DNA of 64,000 nucleotides from Octopus bimaculoides (GCF_001194135.2 NC_069002.1:293586-357585), one strand, 5' to 3'; positions 24,941 to 54,309 are shown, counted from the first letter of the stretch. Notes: generated from the sequence alone by a model not told the origin. Numbers and translations: made by a program.

Positions 24941-27392
24941 TTAAACACATTTTCCAGAATATGTTTGATGAGATTAAAATATGTATTGTGTTATCAGTGA
25001 TCAGAAACATGACAGATGTGCTCCAAGATACAATATGATCACATTTATATAAGTCCTTGCCTTTAGTAATTTAAATTAGGGGCACTAATTCACATAAATA
25101 TCTAATAAAAAAAGCACAAAGCTAGATATATGTATAACAAAATATGAATAATAAACCATTGTACAAAATGAACCAGTTTTGATTAAAATAATCTATTTTG
25201 TTTTTATATATCTTTGTTTCTTTCCTTTTCTTTTTTAAGTTGCCATTCCTAAAAAGGGATTACTGAGCTATAAAAGGTTGAAAAACCTTGATGTAGAAGT
25301 TTCCCCCTCTATGTTGGGATTAAAAGCGTTGGACTACTGACAAAAATAATAAAAACAGAACATCCAGCAATTGGAACTTGTTCTCATAGGTTTTGTTCCA
25401 CTGTTTTCATGAGAAAATACTTGTTACGCTATTTGTATATTATTGTTCCTAAACCCCTCGTTTCTCCAGATCAAGGAGACTAATGACCAAAGTCATTACA
25501 ACCACGACCAGCTTGAGATGGTCACTGTTGTATTGCATTCAGAGATAGAATACATGGGACTAATTATCTAATGTGTCCTTCCACTCTTTAAGAATGGTAA
25601 GATATGATTTGAGGAAGAATGGACTGTTATCTCCGGCAGGTCTAACAACCACACAGAGGTTCCCTCATTGATACATTTACTCATGTGATTATTGTAGTAA
25701 GTTGAACAATAGAATTAAAGAAGTTAAGGGAGAGGATTCATATGGCATGGGGTTTGATAAAATTAGTTGAGAGTGATATACTGAATGATGTGTGTAAAAA
25801 TATTCCAAATTAATTGAAATTAACACGTTATTTGCAAAAAGTAAACAAAAGCCTAATGGTAATTGTTAGTGGATCTCTAGGGGAAGAGGAGATAATTTTA
25901 AACATTTATGCGATGAAGAAATAAAACAGCAATGACAAATATCTTAATCATTTCTGCAAGCATGGTAGATAATTCTGGATATGCTTCTATATTATGGGAC
26001 CTCCTCAGTTTAAAAGCCAAAGTATCAACGATACATTTATGAAGTAAAAATGTACAATTATTCGTGTAGGTATTTGTGTACATGACTAATTGCGAACAAT
26101 TAGCAAATTAAAAAATGATTAACTGAGGTTAATTTGACAGGAAAACATCATCTGCATGATAAACAATAGTTAAGCTGTGTTAACACATTTGATATAGTTT
26201 AAGGGTGGGCAGTAACTGTCCTGTTCGATAACCTTTCTTGTGGATGACGATATGAAAATGCACTCATTGCACGTTGACACTGTAAAATGATTTGTTGTTG
26301 AATGGGCATCGAGCTGTGAGAGAATACGTTAAAACATTACAGTTACATCAACGAAAAATCTAAATTGCTTATACAAGCCATCTTTGCACACTCGTCGGCT
26401 GCCAACAACTCTCTTCTTTTCAGATGCAGAAAATAGATGTCAAACAACCAAAACGGCATTAAAAAAAAAAATGATAATAAATAAATAAATAAAAACAATA
26501 GATGTGGCTCCAAGAAGGAACCCTGAATGTCAGTCATGGGCAAACTACGGCCGGCAGGACTGCCTACATGGCACGTCTAACAAAAGAATTATCTATAACA
26601 TTTTAGTAGCGCAGTCCACTTCTCGAAAATGTTACCCATACCAATTGTACATGATTACCTAATCTGCTAGAAATATTCCCCTCCCCCAATTTCTCTTTAA
26701 TATCACTCCTTCGGGTTCGTTGCACATAAACAAAATATAAAAACAGACGGTTATGACTAGAATGTTTTGAAGATATATCATTGCTCGATCAGGGAGAATC
26801 ATGGGGTGAACAAGTGACATAAACATCAAAACAGAAGTAATTCATCTCTCGCAGTCAATTGGAACCATGATGCTTAGAGTCGTTATCCTTATTTAATTAA
26901 TTTGCAAGGATATGAATTACCAAAACTACAAAAAAAAGAAGCAAAACTAAAGAAAAAAAAACTCTCTATATAAAAAAGATTTATTTTCTTTCACACTATG
27001 TAAACAATAGCGTCCTTAGTTACAGGTTTCCAGCAGACCAACCAATCACTGCTTCCCTTTCTTTCTGACGGCAGCAGTGACTAACTCAATATAAGGAACT
27101 TCGTTCTTTAAGCACCGCCTTTTTTTTTTTTTTTTAAAGTATGTAAGAGACATTTATTAATCGAGGATGGAACCCTAAACCACGTGGTTGGAAACTGATC
27201 GTGTTATCCACGCAGTTACCTAATTTTTCATTTTAAAAATTGAGTAGAGTCTTTAGAGCATCAGGCAAAAGAGTTAACGGGACTTAATTGCGACCCGAAA
27301 AGTTCAAATACTACCGAAGTTGGCTTTAGTTTGCATCCTTCTGTGTTCGAAAAATAAAATACCGATTAAGTGTTGGCATTCGTTTATTTTTC

Positions 27393-27630
27393 NNNNNNNN
27401 NNNNNNNNNNNNNNNNNNNNNNNNNNNNNNNNNNNNNNNNNNNNNNNNNNNNNNNNNNNNNNNNNNNNNNNNNNNNNNNNNNNNNNNNNNNNNNNNNNNN
27501 NNNNNNNNNNNNNNNNNNNNNNNNNNNNNNNNNNNNNNNNNNNNNNNNNNNNNNNNNNNNNNNNNNNNNNNNNNNNNNNNNNNNNNNNNNNNNNNNNNNN
27601 NNNNNNNNNNNNNNNNNNNNNNNNNNNNNN
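27393..27630. other. Assembly gap (238 N)
   Basis: N run. Confidence 0.99.
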
Positions 27631-28579
27631 GGTATTTAAGTTATGGAACTTTTCGTTCGGAATTCGAATCCTGTCCATAAACATATAATATCAGTCAAGT
27701 ACTGAGACGATTGATATTCCTCTAAAGTATCCTAGATGTAAATGGAATTATATTAGAAGAATAAAACGAAAATCTGTGCGAAATTTCCTTAATTTCATAT
27801 AATCTCCGTGTTTGTGTTGTCAGAACCTGAAATAAGCCGGACAAAATGCTTTGCAACATTTTTTCCGGCTGTTGGTTCTAAGTTCAAATTCTACCGAGAT
27901 CGACTTTACCGTTCATCGATAAAACAAGTAACAGTTTAGCACTGGGGGCGTGGTCGATGTAATCAACTCTCCCCCCCTCTTCACCCAAGATTTCAGGCCT
28001 TGTGCTTATAGTAGAAAACAAAAATTATAATTTGTTTTTATTATTTTTACGGTTCCGATCATACTGCGGGGCATCTTCGGTAAATGTCATTTTCTATAAC
28101 CTCGTGCCGACCTTGCAAGTGAAATTTGAAAGACGGAAATTGTAAAGAAGCCCGTCAGGTGTAATGGAAAAGGTGAGAATTACTTTAAGGGTACAACGTG
28201 TGTGTGTGTGCGGAATACTCAGCCACCTTCACATAAATTCAGGAGCAGATAATTCAGTTGATCGAACAATTGAATCCTCTTTGTCAAATGACGAAGATCC
28301 ACCACCATCATCATCATCATCACCACTACTGTTAAGATCTGCGAGATCAGAATTACGCTCTCCTGTCATGGAAGACCAGAAATGACACCACTTTTCAATT
28401 TCTTTTATTATTTATTTTCCATGTGTCTCTTTCAATGCAAAGAAAGCAAAGAAAAAAATCTCGATATACAGTGATGTAAATTATCTTATCAATCACTAAT
28501 TATAATTTTTTTTAACTATTAAAATTAATCTAATTAAGCACCAGTCCAAAGCAAGGTAACAGTACTCTTGCCTAGAGAG

Positions 28580-28876
28580 TTCCAATGGTGAGAGCAAGGC
28601 GGGATGTGAAGCTGTTTCTGCTCGGCTTGGCATTTCGTCTTTAGTCGTTTACACGAAATCATCCACTTTTTCTCTCTGATCTACACATAGAGTTTATATT
28701 TTTTTGATTTCTATCGAATTCATAATAATGGACGGAAAATCCTGATTAACAAAGAAGACCGCTCTCCAGCTGCCAGTTGTGTTATGTCTCTCTTTAACTG
28801 CAGCTGTCCGTCAACGACCACCGCCACTTGTCGAAATTGAAGCATTTCATAAATATTACCGGATACCATCAATTCG
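28580..28876 (+). promoter_or_regulatory. Putative SMARCAD1 promoter and non-coding first exon
   Basis: CCAAT and GGCGGG near 28582-28604 in CpG-retaining sequence; strong donor ATTCG|GTGAGT at 28876; polypyrimidine acceptor at 29230 upstream of the ATG. Confidence 0.45.
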
Positions 28877-29398
28877 GTGAGTTTACATTCAGTTCTTCCC
28901 TTTATCTCAATATTAAACATTTACAATTTTTAAATGCGTTGTTACTTAATACCGAACCATTCAATCAACGAAGATTAAAATCCGTTCCAAAAGCAAAACT
29001 CGTTTCCTTTCTCCTTTCTAATCCATCTTTGTCTTTTCAAAGAATTCCTTTGTTTTCATAGAATTTTAAATATTTACGACGCTTCTTATTTCTTTTTTAA
29101 GTCGGGAGTATTTTAATATGTTCATTATTATATATTTAGTATAAATAACACGCCTCGACCATTCATTACCTTGTCAAGCTTTTATTTCTTTTTGTTTCTC
29201 TTACATCATTTTTTCTTTTTCTACGTCTAGTTTATTTGTACGAAGAATACAGAAGAAAAAAAAATTTAAATCAAAAATCCCACAATCTACGAGTGATCGA
29301 GCGAAAGGATACGTAAAAAAAGAAAAGATTTTTTTTAAAGATCGATCAAAGAAAAAACACTCACACACACTAAAAAAACACATCTTAAAAATCTTGAA

Positions 29399-46020
<16,622 letters not shown>

Positions 46021-46549
46021 AAACTTTTATGTAAAACTTCTGAAGAATCACCATTTCAAGATCTTTTTTTTTTAAAAATTTCTTTTCCTTTTCCTTCCAT
46101 TGGAAACCCTCATCATTTTCTCATGCCATCATATACACCTGCCTTCTCTGCCTGCGTCCATTTGTTATTTCTTTTATGTTTCACTTCTTTCCCTCTCATT
46201 TACATGTGGTATGGTATTGTACCAAGCTATCACCAACTCTCTGTCTGTCTGTCTGACTGTCTCTTTGTTTCCACTACCTACACAAAATATGAACATATCT
46301 ACATACATACATACACACACATGCACATATATTTACAGACGTTCAGTTTTCTGTTCAATTTGCCTTTGTTCAATCAATCAATCAATATCTGTCTGTGTCT
46401 GTCTCTGTCCAGCTCTTCACTGTGGTGTCCATCATTGTGGAAACAGATTGTATGAAAAAAAAAAAAAAAAAAAAATACCAAAACTACAAACAAACAAACA
46501 TGGTTACATTATATACATTGGACCAGCAAAAATAGTGACATGAATTGCT

Positions 46550-46555
46550 AATAAA
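46550..46555 (+). terminator. Candidate SMARCAD1 polyadenylation signal
   Basis: AATAAA about 530 nt after the stop codon, followed by T/GT-rich sequence. Confidence 0.5.
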
Positions 46556-46884
46556 GTTACACTTAGATTAGTTTAATATTGTTTATTTATTTGTTTTTGT
46601 TTTTTTTGCTTTTGTTTAGAACTCCTTTGTCTCTTTGTTTTACTGTATTTTCTCTGTGTGTGTGTGTGTGTGTAAATTATACGGGGCAGGGCAAAAGTCA
46701 CACACAAAATAAGTTCTGTATACTCTGGAATTGCCAAAGACATGCTTCAACTTTTCTAAAATTGATTCGAATAATGATGAATACTCAAGTACTCGTCCAT
46801 GATGAATGAAATAAATAATAACAAGGATGATGGAATATAAATAAAATGTCAACTGTTTTGGTGTGTGACTTTTGACACTCCCTA

Positions 46885-46957
<73 letters not shown>

Positions 46958-46968
46958 CTGAGAGAAAA

Positions 46969-47575
46969 GTTGGGTACAAGAGGCATGAGATGTGGTGTGC
47001 AAGAGAGATGACTGTGCTTGTACAGTCATGTGATGCGTATGGACGAGGACAGCTGTGTAAAGAAATGCTGTACTCTAATGGAGAGAACCTGTGGAAGAGG
47101 AAGACATGAGATGAGGTGTTGGAGCACGAACTTCAAATGTTCAATCTCATGATGACAAGTGACTGAGACCTTTGGTGAAATGTTGTGCTTGAGAAGACCT
47201 GACAAACCAAATGTGATCGTAGACATGGCTGATGGGAGTGCCGCTGCCTCCGTGAGAAGTGTTGGGCCTCATGGAGGCGGTGGAAGGGGAGCCAAACTTT
47301 TGACAATAAACCCTGTTTGTGTAGACCTATCAGGACAAGGGAGATCGTAGTCGTGGCTAATGCCAGTGTTGCGCAACTGTCACAGAGGAAGCACCCTTCA
47401 CACATTGGGCTTTTATTAAGAGGACCTGTCAAGCCAAGGGAAATCGTAGTCGTGGGACTTGAAAAGCACCGTATCAGTATTGAACCTCGCGGAGGCAGTG
47501 ACAGGTGGCCAAGGGCTTCGGCAATATACCGTGCGTGTTTAGACCAGGCAAGCGAAGTAAGATCGTAGTTGCGAC
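46969..47575 (+). mobile_element. RTE-clade LINE 3' end (degenerate ORF C-terminus plus modular 3' UTR)
   Basis: Degenerate translation resembling RGMRCGVQER-x-L-x-x-Y-x-HVMRMDEDSCVKKC and RKT-x-DEVLEHEL...EKT-x-QTK. Related fragments at ~60395-60505(+) and 61690-61860(-). Confidence 0.7.
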
Positions 47576-47730
47576 ACTTAAAAAGCGGTGCCCCAGCATG
47601 GCCAGTGTCTAATGAGTAAAACAAGTAAAAGGTAATATCTTTATCGTAATTTTCTGTTGTAGGGGAGACAATCTCTGACAGATTTCAGTTTTTAAAACTT
47701 CACATCCACAGAACATGGAGTTTTCTCATC

Positions 47731-47980
47731 TGACGTAATCACATGAATTACGTCACAATAAAATGTCAAAAAAAAAAAGCGCTGCGTTAAAAATTTTTTT
47801 TTTTAATTATTATTCCAGTTAGAAAACTTCATAAAAATAGATTGAAAAAATTCTTTCATTTTTTTTAACCAAGTTTTAAAAAATTACGGAAGAATATTAA
47901 AAAACAAATAATACATTTTAATGTTTTGCAACTTTCAATCCTAGTAATTTTTTCTAAGAAAATATTTCCCATTCGCTGAA
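47731..47980 (+). promoter_or_regulatory. Putative promoter and non-coding exon 1 of orphan gene A
   Basis: TGACGTAAT-CACATGA-ATTACGTCA inverted repeat at 47731-47755; donor GCTGAA|GTAAGT at 47980. Collinear homology with 52218-52454. Confidence 0.6.
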
Positions 47981-48049
47981 GTAAGTTGATTTCTATTAAT
48001 TTGATTTGATTTTATGTAACTGTCGGTGAACAGAAGCGTCGTTGGTTAC

Positions 48050-48900
48050 AGGTTTTCAACGCGCAAAAACCTTGTTTCACACCATTTCTGATGGGAACAG
48101 ACAATAAGAAGGGGAGTGTCTGTTACACGGGGCAGAGAACTTTTCTCCTCTCTGGGACTTCGTTCCAAAAGGAACGGCTTTTTTCTTTTTGCCGATGTTT
48201 TCATACATGTATGTTGTGGTGGGAGTCCATAGGTAAAATTGGTTGAGAATGTGATGCGTGAGATGCATATGGACTGGGGTTCGAATAGAAGCAGAGTCAG
48301 GTCAGTTGCTGTATGACTTTGAGTTAACAACCTCGGATTAATGAGACTAAAGTAGAGGAAACCCATGCGTTTGAATATCTAATTGACCACAACGTCGGTC
48401 AAACCACGTCGAATGAGGTGACTGTTGTTCTGGAAAGAAATGAATATCCAGGTAAATCTTTCAGGGCTCCGATTGGCAGGTTGGTTTTCCTGTGGAGATA
48501 GAGGTTGTGCCTGACACTTATAAATGTCGATGCAAAAGCTAGACGGCGTTCGGAAACATTTTGAGGAACGATTCGAGTTTTTCCATTGGGGTAACGGATA
48601 AGGATAGCGTGGAATGTCTTCAGTACAAGGTGGTTGACTACTCAAGCCTCCAGTTTGAAAATCTACAGATGGGTTATCTTAGCTGGGATACGATTACCGA
48701 AAACTAAACTCAACGTTGCCAGTATAGAAACCCCTTTTTAATATATTTAGGTTCCCAGTCGAAGTAGAGTGTGGAAAGTGAAGTATAACGCTGTCCCTTA
48801 CCAAATTGGAGGAAAGTTGGATACACGGATGCCCACTCATCCAATCGACATTACCTGAACAGGTGCACGGTGTGTCAGGTGTCGGAAGTGATCGCAGAGT
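48050..48900 (-). mobile_element. Possible degenerate LINE endonuclease relic in orphan A intron 1
   Basis: Broken frames with HTATDLTL (cf. S-x-IDL-T-L) and LNILKRG. Weak match. Confidence 0.25.
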
Positions 48901-49114
48901 AAATTGCTCAAAGTGGAAGTCTATTTTAAGTCTGTATTGTGTTGTCAATATATTAAAGACATATAAACACATACGTTTGAGTGAATTAATAATGTTTTAT
49001 TTGTTTATCTTGTTTTGTTTTTAATTTCAGATACAAACTACGAGTGAAAACGACAGCAACAGTAACAACATCAACACCAATAACGAGAAAGAGAAAGACG
49101 TTGGGAAAGCAAAA

Positions 49115-49986
49115 ATGAAATACCGTTCGTTAATGTTTCTTTTGCAATGCGTGACTATTCTTCACTTTGTTACGGCTCAGGATCCAGAAACAGCATCAAA
49201 GGATTTAGCTATCAATACGGGAGCATCAGGTATGTTGTAATTTAGTTTGTTTTGTAAGTTGGATTTGGGAAAAAGTGACCGAAAGAGTGCCGTGAAATTG
49301 CTGTGAGGAGTGGCGTATCCGACGTTTCGGACAGTGTCCTTTCTAAGATTGAAATTACAAGAGGAGAAAAGGGCCGCAGAGTTTTACATCGACTATTTTT
49401 TAAACAACTGGCTGCAAGTGATGCGGAAAGCAAGACAAGGTGAGCTTACATATGTAGACAGAAATTATATGGCGGTTTCAAATGAAACCACCAAGTTAAT
49501 TATTTAGCTTTCCGCATAGTTTGTTAATTATTTAGCTTTCCGCATAGTTTGTTACTTATTATAAAGCTCATCGATATTGTCAGCATCCATACTTCATCTA
49601 AAATAAACCTTTTTTCTTATCTCTCTTCAGATTCGATGAATTATGATAATTGTAGCTACTCAATAATTCCATCAAAACCAACTGTTTCACTACTGCAAGA
49701 CGAAGTAAAACAGATGGTGTTTAATAATGATGTTGAAAAGACGATATTCAAAAAAGTAAAAGAAGACACGACGATAGGAAAGGACGATATAAAACATCCG
49801 GTTGATAGAAAGCACGAAGAAGACCTGGCGACGGCCGAAAAAGAAGACAAAGAGACGATGTTTGGAAAATTCGTCCAGTATATAAAGTCCTGTGCTAGTC
49901 CGGGCAACGCTTCTTTAATTTTCCCTTCTATATACGTCTTGTTTGTTGTTGTCGTGACTGGGCTACAGATGTCCTCCTATTTTTAA
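49115..49986 (+). CDS. Orphan gene A: 156-aa predicted secretory-pathway protein with C-terminal hydrophobic (GPI-like) tail
   Basis: Exon 49031-49229 (acceptor TTTCAG, ATG at 49115, donor CAG|GTATGT) plus exon 49631-49986 (acceptor CTCTTCAG, TAA), joined by a phase-1 intron. Protein: MKYRSLMFLLQCVTILHFVTA-QDPETASKDLAINTGAS|DSMNYDNCS...FGKFVQYIKSCASPGNASLIFPSIYVLFVVVVTGLQMSSYF. An in-frame TAA at 47945 precedes the ATG in the predicted mRNA. Confidence 0.7.
49495..49554. repeat. Perfect 28-bp tandem duplication in orphan A intron 2
   Basis: (GTTAATTATTTAGCTTTCCGCATAGTTT)x2 plus GTTA. Confidence 0.95.
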
Positions 49987-50676
49987 TTCTTGCTTAAATC
50001 GAAGGAAGAAGAAAAAAACTGGTTCAGGAAATTCATAGTTTAAAAGGAAGAATCAACTGGAAACAAGTTTTGGAGAAACAAATAATTGAAGGCGGGAAGT
50101 TTAAAGAACTTCTCTTCATTCTTAGATTCTAAATAAACCTTTCGCTACTCTTTTTTTCTTTTCTTTTTTTTACCACTAACCAAGATATTCTAAATATTCT
50201 TAAGACAAACTGTTTTGGAAAGTTTGTTTTCGTAAAAGTATCTTGGAAATAACTTAAGAAAATTGGAAAACCTTTGCAGAAAAAAATAACAAAACAGTTT
50301 TGAAGTAAATAAAGTTGTTCTCTTTGTTGTTGATGTTGTTATTTCGCTGGCAAAAGGTGGGATGGAATCCAATTGTTATAACATTATTACACTACCACAT
50401 TACCTCTGCCTTATTACATATCCACCTTTTATTCTATTACACTATTTACTACTCATCTACCCCATCATACTACCGCCACTCCATTACATATTTAGAAAAA
50501 TACGTCCGCCACCTGTTTTCTGCTTTTAAGTGCAATGTAACGATATACTGCAATTGGTTCAAAAGACCAGCAATTCTTGTATCGGAAGAAACGAATTTTG
50601 ACGAGAAGGCTCCAATTTGTGAAGAAGTCTGATATTTTTTAAGTAACGAATTTTGAAGAGAGGGCTCTTATTCTTT

Positions 50677-51000
50677 TATCAGGGGTCATCAAAATGTAAC
50701 GACAATTTAACGAAGAAGTTTGCATCAGAGAAATGACGGAAGAACAATGTCAGTACGAATGTTGTTAGGGGCTAAAGCCTTTTTCTGTAAGTATTTGATA
50801 AGACCACGATGCCGCAGTTTGTCGATTTGCAAGAGGAGTCGCTACTTTAGAAGGCTTCTTTGAACTGTCAGATGTCAGTTGACCTGGAAAGAAACAATGC
50901 AGTTATTAATAAGAAGTGTTGAAATGAATGCATGCATGATTTCACAGCTCTAGCATCACTCCTTCATAGTCATCCTGAGAACTTTCCGACCGACCCTCGT
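50677..51000. mobile_element. Mariner-like MITE remnants between the two orphan genes
   Basis: Terminal-repeat-like ends TATCAGGGGTCATCAAAATGT and ACTTTCCGACCGACCCTCGT. Confidence 0.4.
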
Positions 51001-51788
51001 CAATTATTATGTTGTTACAATGTTGAAGATAAATGTAATATTAGTCGTTACAATATATAATAAATTTACTACTTCATCGGGTTATTTATTTGTGTGTACA
51101 CAGCTTGTTTGTAGATACAGGAGAAATTTGTCTCTGGTTCCATGGTTCATTGAATATGTTAGATTAGATTCCCCGTGGCTGCTAGGGAGAAAGACATAGG
51201 AAAAGGAACGTTTGTAGTTAGAGGGGGAAAAGAGGTTTACCTTCGCACACATTATTATATAGCATAGTGACCAGAGTTACTCTCAGTCCAGAGACGATTG
51301 ACCAAGGAGAGGAAGACAGATGTTTGCTTGAGTTTTTTTTAAAATTTTATATATAACTTTCTGGTTACTGAATTAGGTCAGCTAAAACAATAGGGTTCTT
51401 CGTCCTTGATCAGAACTGACCACAAGAAAGATCAAGAGGTCAAATTTTTCTCATTAATCTCTGAGTGCAATAAGGCTAAGACAAAAGACCGAGGAATTGA
51501 CAATGTATATAAATGTGGATTTGGTTTCGAATTCCAGCTTAGCTATACTGTAGCTGTTCGCTACACCTACATATATGAGTAAGCGCATATACATTCACAT
51601 ACATATGCACATAGAAAACAACACACTCACATACCTGCACACACACGCACAAATACTTCACGCACACACACACACACAAATATACACAAACATACACGCA
51701 TGCACATACACAAATAGTTTCATCAACAGTACTGCTACTGCTACCACCACCGCTGTCCCCCCACCCCTCCATTATCACTACTGGATCA

Positions 51789-52169
51789 TTTCTGTTTAAC
51801 TCACAGTTTTTGAAATTTCAAAATTAAGTGAAAATTTTCAAATGTTGTATACTGATGTAATTTTTCACGCTGAATTTAATTTTGTTATTCCTTTGTTCCA
51901 GAAAAATCTTAGAAAAATGTCACAGAAGTTTAAAATGTGATTATTTTAACCCAATTAAAATACAGGATTTGGAAGCTGACATTTTCTGCTAAAACTACCC
52001 AAAATATGCAGATTTTAAAAGTTATTCACTTTTATTCATTAATTTGTGGCAAAAACGAATTTTTCTTTCCATAATTAGCCTACAAAACTACACCGATGCA
52101 CCAAGTTTGAAATCAATTGGAACAAAATTAAGAGAATTGAAATTAAGAATTCTGTGAGCCAAACAGAAA
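51789..52169. mobile_element. MITE-like element with 18-bp terminal inverted repeats
   Basis: TTTCTGTTTAACTCACAG at 51789-51806 versus CTGTGAGCCAAACAGAAA at 52152-52169 (16/18 match); AT-rich non-coding interior. Confidence 0.65.
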
Positions 52170-52217
52170 ATACTACTGCTGCTGCTGATGCCGACTCATT
52201 GAACCCAACAGAAAATA

Positions 52218-52454
52218 TGACGTGATGGAATATAAAACTACGTCACAATCCGAAATCGCACCAAACGCAGGTTTCTATCTCACCAACTCCATAAAAAAAA
52301 AAATTCCCCCAAAACAGAGAAGGTTGTAAAAAATCTTTCGATTTTTAACAAAGCTTTAAAAATTACGAAAGTTATTTTGAAAGTATAACCTTAATCTTCT
52401 GTGATAATTCGAACTTTAAACAACATTCTCAAACAATTTTTACAATAAGCTGAG
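52218..52454 (+). promoter_or_regulatory. Putative promoter and non-coding exon 1 of orphan gene B
   Basis: TGACGT (52218-52223) and ACGTCA (52240-52245) flank TATAAAA (52231-52237); donor GCTGAG|GTAAGT at 52454. Homologous to 47731-47980. Confidence 0.6.
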
Positions 52455-54309
52455 GTAAGTTCATTAAATGTTCTGATAAAAATAGAGTCATTTATTATTA
52501 TTCTGTATATGTAAATATTTTTTTAAACATTTACTAAAGACAGGCAAACTTATTAAAAGATTTTCAAAAATGAATTTACACTTTAGCTAACTTCAATTTG
52601 TGATTATAAACCTAAATAATGTATTTGCATTTCTTTAATCTAATCTACTTTTGAAATAATTCAAACTTGTTTTCTTTTTGTTGTTTGTTTAGCCCTAGGT
52701 CAGACCAAATACGTATGATCAATGGCGTTTTAGTATAATTTCTTTTTTTTTGTTTAGAGAGAGAGACATAAAAACAGCTAGGACTACATCATTCATTGTC
52801 TTTCCTATTTTGTCGGGGGGTAGACTTCATCCGTCGTCCAGTTTAACACTAACCATCTTTGGTGTCTTTGAGGATAATTTTGCCGTTTCCTCTCATTAAT
52901 ATTGGAGCTTCTTTCTTCAAACTCTGATTGACGGACTTCGGAATAACTATCACTGCCCCAGGGAAATGGGAAGTTGTTTCCTTCTGTAAAAGATTTTTTT
53001 TTTTTATTCCTCAAGAACTTAATTTTTTACATTTTTGTCCCCCTCCCCAATTTCTACGATTACACCCAACGTTTACTATTGGGCGCTGTCCCCTCTGATT
53101 GAATAAATATAAAAAAAAACCCCAGAGAAATGGAAATCTATGATTTTCATTGGTATTTGAAATTAGACATCGGTCCAGTTGGTTACAACGCCTAACAGAA
53201 ATGTCTCGACCCACTTTCTGTTTGTTTTCTTCGGACATGGCACAAGACTTCAGTTCAGAATGTACATAATTGAGAAGAGATATCGTGTGCGATCTCATCC
53301 GATGTCAGTTAAAAGTCGGCTTTATCTGGTAACGAAATGAAGTCGAACGAACTTTTTAATCTTTTACTGTCAAACTTTTAAGTTTCGAAGTTGTTTACGT
53401 ATCGAAGAAACGGTTGAAACTCAAGGAAACGCCTGTAAGAATCGAAGAGGAAATCATAATTAACAACATTGATCTAATTGAAACGAATTAATTCCTTCAG
53501 GACATTTATACCTTGATTATTGGTATTGAAAGTATTCTATTAAATGTCTTACATTGTTTTGATTAAATAATTAATTGTTACTGTATTGAACGAATGCGTT
53601 TGGTGAATAGTCAGACTTGTTCGGAAAGGAAAGCTTCGTGGTGGTCAATATCAGTGGTTGTGAACTGAGGTTTGCATAACTCTTGGGGGGTGGGGATCTA
53701 GATAAGCTTTTGCTGTTAAAATTTATCTGCAATTTATTTATATGTCTATTTACTTTTTTTTTTATTTTCAAATCCTTAAACTGCATACAAACTGGAATAA
53801 GTAATTTTCTTTACAATAAACTTTTTAGTAGTTTTTGTCGAAGATTTTCCATTTTGAAGCTGATTTAATCTATAGATTATTTTTAAAATCAGCTTTGAGA
53901 TTTGAAACTCTATTATTCAATGTGGAAACTTGATTTACAAAGTATATGAAGTGGTCCACCTCATTCAACACTCATCAGAGTGAAATAAGAAGACAAAACA
54001 AAAAGTGAAACAGAAACGAAGAAATGGTAATTCCGTAGAAATAAACTGCAAAGTAAATGAATAATTTAAATAAAATGAAATAAATTAAAAATAAGGAAAA
54101 ATCTTTTTAATTTGGCAAAAGACGGATCTGTTCTAAAAGGAAACCCACGTAAACCGAGGGACAAGTGTACGTTTATATTTTTTGTCTGTTTTTGAATTTA
54201 ATTAATGGTTTTGCTCCTTTCACATTTCAGACAAAAAAAAACACCAACATCTAGAGCAACAACAACAACAAAAACTACAAGAACCACAACAGCAATAAGA
54301 ACAACAAAT

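Noticed and set aside
28784-28840. uORF starting MSLFN, resembling vertebrate SMARCAD1 MNLFN
   Set aside because: It ends in a stop before the donor and similarity is only five residues; treated as coincidence.
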